A stretch of DNA of 64,000 nucleotides from an uncultured Ignavibacteria bacterium (GTDB lineage: Bacteria; Zixibacteria; MSB-5A5; RBG-16-43-9): contig CAZEDM010000006.1 in assembly GCA_964511075.1 (NCBI GenBank), positions 123,255-187,254 on the forward strand, read 5' to 3'. Position 1 is the stretch's first letter. Each line of letters begins with the position of its first letter. The translations under genes were made by a program, and so were the position numbers. Positions 1-8,322 of this stretch are shown here, in pieces. The notes below the pieces were generated by a model. That model had not been told where the DNA came from. It saw nothing but the letters and a program-made list of their open reading frames with translations, and ran no database searches.

Positions 1-35
1 TCATAACTTTATTCATCAGCCAAATTTATTCAAAC

Positions 36-64
36 AGTATATATTCATTCTTTTTTCAGGTCAA
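36..64 (-). promoter_or_regulatory. sigma70-like promoter for a gene left of the window
   Basis: Minus strand TTGACC-N17-TATACT; candidate ATG at 2-4 on minus. Confidence 0.45.
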
Positions 65-436
65 GAATTTTATTGGGCAGTGGAGTGTAAGGCTTTAGCC
101 TTGCCATTATGAGACTGAAAAAGCAACATACGGAAATTAGCAGGAACCTTGCAGGTTTAAGAATCGTATAAAATGTATGAGTCGACGGTTGCTGATCAGG
201 GTACTAAGATTTACCTTGTTTTTCTTGGCTTTTTAGCTATATTTAGGGTGATGAAGTCTTGTTTGAGTAGACTTATAAACAAGAGAGGATTGTAGAACAA
301 AAAGCTAATAGCCAGATAAATTCATCTTCAAACAGATCCCTGCTTTTGTAGATAAAGGGATTCATCAAAAGATTTTTCAGTAAGTTTAGCCGCGATCTTG
401 ACAATTTAATTAACTCTAGCTTTAAAAGGAGGAAGG

Positions 437-2419
437 ATGAGAAAACTTTTGCTAATTTTAGTTCTGGGCTGGATTATCATGATAACTTCTCCTGACCTGA
501 TTTCTGCCACCGGCCTTCCCAAGGCAGTAATCTATGATGTTCCCGATGAGGTACTGGTAAAACAATTTGGCAGAATCCCCGGATCCCAGCTTACCTCTGA
601 GGATAGCCTGGCAATAGCTCAATACCGATTCATTGGTGACACAATTAAGGTTTTAGTCATTATGGTGGAATGGTATAACAGACTCGGCACCTACCCCAAA
701 GAGACCTTTGACAGCATGTTTTTTTCCTGGAACTATTTTCCAGGAGGGTCTATAGCTGAATATTTTGATGAGGTCTCCTATAAACAGGTGCACGTTACAG
801 GGGAGATCACAGACTGGTATGATGCTGGAAATTATAACACCTTTCTTACTAATCCCTATAGCGGTTTTCCCGCACTATTATCCGCACTTGATCCGGTTAT
901 CGATTTCTCCCAGTTCGACGGAAATAACGATGGCGAGGTAGATGCGGTAGTATTCCTTCGTTCTGGCAATGGCCAGGAAGACTCAGGTGATATGAATGAT
1001 ATCTGGTCCTTTGCCATGAGCTATTCGACGGGCCTCGGTCCTTATGATGGGAAGTATGTATCTCACTGGTGCACTTCACCTGAAACATATCCTATGCGCG
1101 ACCCTCTTTATCCACCTGATTTTTCAGGGCAGGACACCTTAAATAAAATCCGGGTTTTCTGTCATGAGTTGACTCACAACCTGGGTTTGCCCGATATGTA
1201 TGACTACGATGACAAGCTGGTGATCTCCACCTTTTATACGCCGAACGATTACAACGACCATCCGGTTTACGACTGGTGTAATATGGGATACGGAGGCTAT
1301 GGCATATTATCTCTGAAATCTCAGGTCCCGTCCCACCTTATAGGCTGGAACAAAAAACAGATGGGCTGGATTGATCCGGTGATAGTGCCTGCAGGCACCC
1401 ATAACCAGGTGGTGATATACAATTACGAGACCACCAAGGATAGTTCACTTTATATGATACCTATAACTCCCAGCGAAGGTGAATATTTTCTTTTGGAATA
1501 CCGGAATCCAGGCTCCAGCGGCATGTTCGACAAATTTGATTCGGATTTCAGCTGCTACTTCTGGCCCTATTTATCCTTTGGGGGAGATCCTCTGGACAGG
1601 GGACTTTTAATTACCCATATACATGATTCATTAGATGCTTATTACTGGAGAATAAACAACGGTACTCCTGATTATCCTCACTACACTGTGGCAGTTGAGG
1701 ATGCAGGTTATGACCCGGCAAGGGATTATACTTATAACCCTGAGGGAAACGTAAGTGACACTGCCCAGTGGTGGTATCCTTACGAGAGCAGAAAAGGGGC
1801 TGCTTTTTCCAGCGAAGTTCCTGGACAGGACTTCTTCGGTCCTAACACTACTCCAAACAGCGATAGCTACTTTGGACCCACAGGTATAGAGGTGAGAGTG
1901 GATTCCATCGTAGGTGATAAATTGTATGCTTACATCTACTCCCCCATTCCACATTTCACTCTTCTCACCCCTTCAGACAGCGCCTTCGTTCCTTACCTTA
2001 TAACTTTCAAGTGGACCGATGCCAACCCCTGGGAGGAGTTAAGATATGATTTGTATGTGAGCACTTCGTCTGAATTCAATCCAGACTCCACCGTGATCTA
2101 CGATAGCCTTTTGAGCACGCAATATACCGACTCGCTTGAGCTGGGAAGATATCACTGGAAGGTAAAAGCATACAACGGGTCAGTAGAGAGATGGTCCGAG
2201 GAGAGCTGGTCTTTGGTATCTGCCTTATATGGAGATGCAAATTCGGATAAGCAGCTGAGCGTCTCGGACGTCATTTATCTGATTAATTACCTCTTCAAAG
2301 GCGGACCTGCTCCAGCTATCTACGAGACCGGGGATTGCAACTGTGATGGAGACATAACTATTGCCGACGTAATTTACCTGATAAATTACCTCTTCAAAGG
2401 TGGACCAGCACCCTGCTGA
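437..2419 (+). CDS. Secreted M6 (immune inhibitor A-like) metalloprotease with C-terminal dockerin
   Basis: Signal peptide; FDGNNDGEVD; HELTHNLGLPDMYD zinc motif; EYFLLEYR; duplicated dockerin; AGGAGG RBS. Confidence 0.9.
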   Translation: MRKLLLILVLGWIIMITSPDLISATGLPKAVIYDVPDEVLVKQFGRIPGSQLTSEDSLAIAQYRFIGDTIKVLVIMVEWYNRLGTYPKETFDSMFFSWNYFPGGSIAEYFDEVSYKQVHVTGEITDWYDAGNYNTFLTNPYSGFPALLSALDPVIDFSQFDGNNDGEVDAVVFLRSGNGQEDSGDMNDIWSFAMSYSTGLGPYDGKYVSHWCTSPETYPMRDPLYPPDFSGQDTLNKIRVFCHELTHNLGLPDMYDYDDKLVISTFYTPNDYNDHPVYDWCNMGYGGYGILSLKSQVPSHLIGWNKKQMGWIDPVIVPAGTHNQVVIYNYETTKDSSLYMIPITPSEGEYFLLEYRNPGSSGMFDKFDSDFSCYFWPYLSFGGDPLDRGLLITHIHDSLDAYYWRINNGTPDYPHYTVAVEDAGYDPARDYTYNPEGNVSDTAQWWYPYESRKGAAFSSEVPGQDFFGPNTTPNSDSYFGPTGIEVRVDSIVGDKLYAYIYSPIPHFTLLTPSDSAFVPYLITFKWTDANPWEELRYDLYVSTSSEFNPDSTVIYDSLLSTQYTDSLELGRYHWKVKAYNGSVERWSEESWSLVSALYGDANSDKQLSVSDVIYLINYLFKGGPAPAIYETGDCNCDGDITIADVIYLINYLFKGGPAPC

Positions 2420-2590
2420 AATATATCCTTAGGTTTGTCCGTTTCAAGTATATGTATATAAAGGCACGTGGATAGCCGTGCATTTATTTTTTCTTCAAGA
2501 GCAAGCCCTGGTATTACATCCCCGAACAGCATAACATGTATGTGGTAGGGCTCCTGGCCTGATTTTAGATAAGCACGGTAGAAAAAATGC

Positions 2591-2618
2591 TTGACATTTT
2601 TAATCTCGAGGCTATCTT
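2591..2618 (+). promoter_or_regulatory. sigma70-like promoter
   Basis: TTGACA-N16-TATCTT upstream of the second M6 gene. Confidence 0.5.
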
Positions 2619-2756
2619 ATAATTAGCCAAAGATAAAGTAATTTTTACCTATAAGCTGAAAAAGGTCAATATGATATGGTGTAAATAATTTATTCACCTT
2701 AGTCAGATTAATTTTGACTTGTTATCGTATCTTAAATTTCAGCTTAAGGAGGATTT

Positions 2757-4727
2757 ATGAAAAAGTTACTACCAGTTTTAGTGATTTGCTGGTTGGTAAT
2801 AATTGCTGCTCCAAACTTCATCTCCGCAATTGACCTCTCCAGAGGGATAATCCTCGACGTTCCCCGCGAGGAAATGGAATGGCAGTTCGGCAAACTACCA
2901 GTGTCTTTGCTCACCTCCAGGGACAGCCTTGAGATCGGGTCGTTCCGTTTTACCGCTGATACTTTCAAGGTATTAGCTATCTTAGTCGAATGGTCCGACC
3001 GACCCAGCACTTACCCCAAAGAGACTTTCGACACCATGCTTTTTTCCAGAAATAGCTTTCCCATAGGGTCTGTGGCTGATTATTATGACGAAGTTTCCTA
3101 TGGCAAGATCGTCGTTACGGGAGAAGTAATTGATTGGTATAACGCCGGAACCTACACTATCAATTTCGATTTTGAATCATTGCTCCCGGTCCTGGATTCG
3201 CTTATAGACTATTCCCTTTTTGATGGAAACAACGATGGGGATGTGGATGCGGTTTGTTTTATCCATTCAGGCAATGGTATGGAAGATTCACATACCTTTC
3301 CTGATATCTGGTCGTATGCTCATGTCTATGCCCCTGGTGGCGGTCCTGGACCATTTGATGGAGTGCATATCCCCAGGTGGAACACCTCCCCGGAGACCCG
3401 ACCACTGCATGACCCTCTGGACCCTCCAAATTTCACCGGCGTTGATACCTTGAACAGGATTCGGGTAATCGCTCATGAATTAGGTCATTGCCTGGGACTT
3501 AAAGATCTGTACGATTATGATGATAGACTAAAGGTAAAAAATTTTTCTCGACCTAATGATGTCAACGATCATCCGGTGAACGACTGGTGCCTGATGGGAT
3601 ATGGTGGTTATGGCCTGATCTCCATTGGCTATCAACCAGCAACCCATCTCTGCGGATGGAGTAAAAATTACCTGGGATGGGTTAATCCCCTTGAAGTAGT
3701 TGGAGATACTCATATAGTGGTATATGATATCGAGACGAACAAGGATAGTTCCGTATATATACTGCCCATAAAACCAGAGGAGGGTGAATACTTTCTCTTA
3801 GAATACCGGAACCCTCGCTCCTCTGCCAAGTTTGATAAATTTGACTCGGATTACAGTGTTTTTTTCTGGCCTCTTTTAGCCTTTGGTAGTGATACCTTAG
3901 ACCGCGGATTGCTAATTACCCATGCACACGATTTCCTTGCTCCAACTTCTAGCTGGTTCAATGACGGGACACCAACCTACCCCCACTATTCAGTTAAAAT
4001 CGTGGATGCAGGTTATGATCCCAGCAGGGATACTAGCTATAATCCTGAGGGTCATGTTACTGACAGCGCTCAATGGTGGTATCCTTATGAATCCCAGATA
4101 GCAGCTCCCTTTTCCGATGATGTTCCCTATCAGAATCTCTTCAGCCCCACGACTTATCCCAATAGCGATGGATATTTTGGCCCCTCCGGAATAGTGGTAC
4201 AGGTGGACTCCATCGTGGATGATAGACTGTTTGCTTACGTCTATGTTCCCATTCCAACCTTCTCCTTACTTTCTCCCTCTGACAGTGCTATGCTCCCCTT
4301 TCTTGCCACTTTCCAATGGTCTATTCCCGGTCCCTGGGAGGATTTAAAATACGATCTATATGTCAGCACCTCGCCTGTTTTCCATCCGGACTCTACTGCG
4401 ATCTACGATAGTCTTCTGAGCACGCAATATACCGATTCCCTTGAGCTGGGAAGATATTACTGGAAGGTAAAAGCTTATTATAAGTCTGAGGAGAGATGGT
4501 CCCAAGAGAGCTGGACTTTGGTATCTGCTTTATATGGAGATGTAAATTCGGATAAGCAGCTGAGCATCTCGGACGTTGTTTATCTGATTAATTACCTCTT
4601 CAAAGGCGGATCTGCACCTGCTTTCTACGAGACCGGGGACTGCAACTGCGATGGAGACATAGCTGTCGATGATATAATTTATCTGATAAACTATCTCTTC
4701 AAAGGCGGACCTGCACCAGGATGTTAA
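2757..4727 (+). CDS. Secreted M6 metalloprotease with C-terminal dockerin (tandem paralog)
   Basis: HELGHCLGLKDLYD; colinear with 437..2419; dockerin repeat. Confidence 0.9.
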   Translation: MKKLLPVLVICWLVIIAAPNFISAIDLSRGIILDVPREEMEWQFGKLPVSLLTSRDSLEIGSFRFTADTFKVLAILVEWSDRPSTYPKETFDTMLFSRNSFPIGSVADYYDEVSYGKIVVTGEVIDWYNAGTYTINFDFESLLPVLDSLIDYSLFDGNNDGDVDAVCFIHSGNGMEDSHTFPDIWSYAHVYAPGGGPGPFDGVHIPRWNTSPETRPLHDPLDPPNFTGVDTLNRIRVIAHELGHCLGLKDLYDYDDRLKVKNFSRPNDVNDHPVNDWCLMGYGGYGLISIGYQPATHLCGWSKNYLGWVNPLEVVGDTHIVVYDIETNKDSSVYILPIKPEEGEYFLLEYRNPRSSAKFDKFDSDYSVFFWPLLAFGSDTLDRGLLITHAHDFLAPTSSWFNDGTPTYPHYSVKIVDAGYDPSRDTSYNPEGHVTDSAQWWYPYESQIAAPFSDDVPYQNLFSPTTYPNSDGYFGPSGIVVQVDSIVDDRLFAYVYVPIPTFSLLSPSDSAMLPFLATFQWSIPGPWEDLKYDLYVSTSPVFHPDSTAIYDSLLSTQYTDSLELGRYYWKVKAYYKSEERWSQESWTLVSALYGDVNSDKQLSISDVVYLINYLFKGGSAPAFYETGDCNCDGDIAVDDIIYLINYLFKGGPAPGC

Positions 4728-4786
4728 GTAATTTTTGGTTTGAGTAGGTTATAAATGAGCCTTTACCATTTTATATAAACTAAGAA

Positions 4787-4812
4787 CGGGAGGGGACTAG
4801 CCCCTCCCCTAC
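4787..4812 (-). repeat. GTAG-type REP-like hairpin, possible terminator between convergent genes
   Basis: CGGGAGGGGACTAGCCCCTCCCCTAC. Confidence 0.6.
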
Positions 4813-4847
4813 CAACACTTCAACTTTTCATTATTAATCTGACCTCT

Positions 4848-5345
4848 TCAGCCGCTCTCCAAATTCAATAACCTTCTCTTTCTCTCAATGCCGCCGCCGT
4901 ACCCACCCAACCCCCCGTCAGATTTGATGACCCGGTGGCAGGGAACGATAATGGGCAAAGGATTTTTGGCACAGGCATTCCCCACTGCTCTCGCTTTTCT
5001 TGAATTTCCCACCATCTGTGCCAGCTTTTTGTAACTTACTGTCTTCCCGTAAGATATCTGCAGCATCTTCCTCCATACCTTCTGTTCAAAAGGAGAGCCT
5101 GAGCTCAAGTCTAACTTCTCGCTGAATCTGATCTTTCTTCCGGAGAAATAATCTTTGAGCTGCTTTTTCAGATTGGAAAATTTACTCTCCGACTTGACCA
5201 ATTGCAAATCTTTTCTCTCCTCCAGTTCCTCAAAGAATCTTCCCCAGGTAGGCTGATGAAAAAGCAGGTTATTCAAACCCCTGTCTGTCCTGGTGACCAG
5301 GACCCTTCCCAATCTGGTCTCTAATACTGCATAGTACAGCTTCAT
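4848..5345 (-). CDS. ogt: Methylated-DNA--protein-cysteine methyltransferase
   Basis: ARAVGNAC..NPLPIIVPCHRVI active-site motif. Confidence 0.93.
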   Translation of the reverse strand: MKLYYAVLETRLGRVLVTRTDRGLNNLLFHQPTWGRFFEELEERKDLQLVKSESKFSNLKKQLKDYFSGRKIRFSEKLDLSSGSPFEQKVWRKMLQISYGKTVSYKKLAQMVGNSRKARAVGNACAKNPLPIIVPCHRVIKSDGGLGGYGGGIERKRRLLNLESG

Positions 5346-5434
5346 AAAAACTCCTTTGATTGGCGTTCAGCTATCGGTAATGAATTCCTGGTATTAATAA
5401 CCATTGAATTTTTGAACCCTTGAACTTTGAGCTT

Positions 5435-7243
5435 TTATTTTTTGTGGAAATAATTGTAAATCTTCTCCGCCACTTTCTTGGTAATGTTCCCCGTTTCCAA
5501 AAGCTCGTCAATATTTGCCTGTTTAATCCTCTCCACTGAGCCGAATCTGGAAAGGAGTACATTTTTTCTTACCTTCCCTATCCCCTGTATCTGGTCCAGC
5601 TCTGAAGCTCTGATCTTTTTATCTCTCAAATCCCTATGATAGGAAATGGCGAACCTGTGTGCCTCGTCCCTTATCCTCTGGAGTAACTTCAAAGAGGAGG
5701 AGCTCTTCGGAATCATCAGGGATTCTGCCTTCCCCGGCAGGAAAACCTCGTCTAATCTCTTTGCCAGTCCGATAACCTTCAGCTCCCGGATGCCCAATTC
5801 ATCCAGAACTTCCAAAACCGAGGAGAGCTGTCCCTTTCCCCCGTCAATTAAAACCAGATCCGGTGGAGGGGTTTTCTCCTCCAGAACTCTGCTGAAATAC
5901 CTTCTGACCACCTCCTCCATCATGGCATAATCGTCCTGCCCCTCTACTGTCTTGATCCTGAACCTGCGGTATTCGGACTTTTTGGGCTTGGCATCCTCAA
6001 AGTAAACCAGAGAGCCAACCGCATCCGCAGGTCCTAAATTGGAGATATCAAAGGCTGCTATCCTTCTGGGGAAGATGGGAAGATACAAGTTCTTTTTCAA
6101 AGCCTGAACCGCTGGAGGAACTGCCCTTTTGATTTTCTTCTTCTGAATCAGAAGCTCCATCAGAAGAAGCTGGGCATTCTGAAGGGCTAAGTTCAGCAGG
6201 CTCACCTTTTCACCTTTCCGGGGTATGAGCAATTCAACTTTTCTTTTATCTTTCCGGCTTAGCCATCTCTGGATGATCCCCATGTCCTCTGTGGCTATAG
6301 GGAGTAAGATCTCCTGGGGAAGGATAGCTGTGTTAAGATAATACTGCTTCAGAAAAGAATTCAAAACCTCAGGATCGGAGACGTTTTTCCGGGCTTTTAA
6401 GTAGAAATGTTGTCTGCCAATCAGAATCCCCTCTCTAACCTGTAAGGTAACCACGCAGATATCCGGGCCATCTCTGGCAAAGGCAATGACGTCCCGGTCA
6501 ATTTCCTCCTTCCCCACCATCTTCTGCCTTTGCATTATGCTCTCAACTGCTCTCAGCTGGTCCCTCACCCTGGCTGCCTCCTCGAATTTTTCCTCCTCAG
6601 CTAATCTTTGCATCCTCATTTTCAGCTGTTCAATTAAAACCCTGTTTTTGCCGGCTAAGAATAAAAGAACCGTATTTATCATCTCCCCGTATTCCTTTTC
6701 CGAGACCAATCCCTCACAGGGGCCCTCGCATCTTTTTATCTGATAATCCAGACACAGCCTTATCTTTCTTTGGGAAGGAAGGGCGTAATTGCAGCTCCTC
6801 ACCGGGAAGAGCCGGCGCAACAGCCTTAACGATTGTCTCATCCCCTTGACATTGGTATAGGGACCGAAATATTTGGCTTTATCCTTTTTAGGTCTTCTGA
6901 CCACCAGTATCCGGGGAAAAGGCTCATCAACCGTTATCTTGAGGTAAGGATATCTTTTATCATCTTTCAAATTCACATTGTATCTGGGCTTGTGTTCCTT
7001 GATCAGGTTGGATTCCAAAATGAGAGCCTCCATCTCCGAATCGGTAACCATCACCTCGAAATCGGTAATTTTCGAGACCAGGGCTGAGGTACGGGGATGT
7101 TCTACCCTCTCCTGGAAATAAGCTCTGACCCGATTTTTCAAAGATTTGGCCTTCCCCACATAGATGATCTCACCCTTTTTATCCTTTAACAGATAAACTC
7201 CCGGCTGCGAGGGAAGGTTTTCCAATTTGGCTTTGAGTTCCAT
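5435..7243 (-). CDS. uvrC: Excinuclease ABC subunit C
   Basis: GIY-YIG N-terminus (PGVYLL..IIYVGKAK), FDISN, DDYAMM, IDGGKGQ, RDEAHRFA, HhH; start placed at MELKAKL. Confidence 0.97.
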   Translation of the reverse strand: MELKAKLENLPSQPGVYLLKDKKGEIIYVGKAKSLKNRVRAYFQERVEHPRTSALVSKITDFEVMVTDSEMEALILESNLIKEHKPRYNVNLKDDKRYPYLKITVDEPFPRILVVRRPKKDKAKYFGPYTNVKGMRQSLRLLRRLFPVRSCNYALPSQRKIRLCLDYQIKRCEGPCEGLVSEKEYGEMINTVLLFLAGKNRVLIEQLKMRMQRLAEEEKFEEAARVRDQLRAVESIMQRQKMVGKEEIDRDVIAFARDGPDICVVTLQVREGILIGRQHFYLKARKNVSDPEVLNSFLKQYYLNTAILPQEILLPIATEDMGIIQRWLSRKDKRKVELLIPRKGEKVSLLNLALQNAQLLLMELLIQKKKIKRAVPPAVQALKKNLYLPIFPRRIAAFDISNLGPADAVGSLVYFEDAKPKKSEYRRFRIKTVEGQDDYAMMEEVVRRYFSRVLEEKTPPPDLVLIDGGKGQLSSVLEVLDELGIRELKVIGLAKRLDEVFLPGKAESLMIPKSSSSLKLLQRIRDEAHRFAISYHRDLRDKKIRASELDQIQGIGKVRKNVLLSRFGSVERIKQANIDELLETGNITKKVAEKIYNYFHKK

Positions 7244-7439
7244 ATGATTCCTATACGGTGAACATCTGATTTTAATATATGCCAATTACCATAAGGCAGG
7301 CAACAAAAAATATGGAGACAAGCAGGGGCAATTCTCGAATTACCCCTGCCATAAGTTTAAAATAGCAGAACGGAATTTTGTTACTACAAATGCCTTGACC
7401 TGACTGATGAAAAAAATTACTATTAGATAACTAATAACT

Positions 7440-8200
7440 ATGGAGGGAAAAATGGATTTAAAAATCAAGCAAAAATTCATCCATCTGTGGAAAAAGTATT
7501 TCAATAATGCAGAGCTTCCTATAATCTTCTACTACACAGAGGAAAAAGATTTGGTGAAGGAACCAAAACCAGCCAAAGGACACCGCTGTGTTATATGCGA
7601 TTTGGCTACGGTGTTAAAAGGGACCTCTCTGTGTCTCAGCGCTGAGGTGATCGGCTGTGGTGGAGGAAAGAGGTATTTAGGCTTTGCCCCGGAGCTAATG
7701 CCCGATTTTGAATACTTTCTTTCCTGTGGTATTCCGGGGAAGCTTGAAGGGGAAAGATACAAAAAATCACCGGAACTGGTCAGGGAAGCAATAAAGGAGC
7801 TGCCGGAATTCAAAGCGCCCGCCAGATACATTTTCTTCAAAAGGTGGGATAAGCTGGAGGAAGAAGATAACCCGGAAGTGGTTATATTCTTCTCGCCGGC
7901 AGATGTCCTTTCGGGACTGTTTACCTTAGCCAACTATGACGAGGCAGAGCCCTATGGAATAGTAGCTCCCTTTTCAGCCGGCTCTGTGGCTCTATCGTGC
8001 AGTATCCTTATCTGGAGAAGGATTCAGATCGTCCCAGAGGTATCCTGGGAATGTTCGACGTTTCCGCCCGTCCTTGCGTTCAGGAGAATATCCTTACTTT
8101 ATCTTTTCCTATGAAAAAGTTTACCCGGATGATTGAAAATATGGAGGAAAGTTTTCTTATTACCTTATCCTGGGAGAAAGTAAAAAAGAGAATAAAGTAA
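7440..8200 (+). pseudogene. DUF169-like protein with a frameshift near 7983
   Basis: ORFs 7440..8114 and 7997..8200; removing 2 nt (TC) restores PFSAG-CGSIVQYPYLE...GMFDVSARP. Confidence 0.75.
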
Positions 8201-8243
8201 GTGAAATAATCGGGATTTAATTCATCAAAACCCAAGATACAAA

Positions 8244-8274
8244 GGACAGAACCCGCCTAAGGCGGGCTCTGTCC
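8244..8274. repeat. Palindromic hairpin between convergent genes (REP-like or terminator)
   Basis: GGACAGAACCCGCCTAAGGCGGGCTCTGTCC; relatives near 13078 and 41329. Confidence 0.65.
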
Positions 8275-8322
8275 CGATAGAAGATAAAAAGGCAGACCCG
8301 CGGGTCTTTCTTTAAAGTCTCT

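Noticed and set aside
2081-4727. Diversity-generating retroelement TR/VR pair in the dockerin tails
   Set aside because: Mismatches are not adenine-specific, both copies are coding, and there is no reverse transcriptase.
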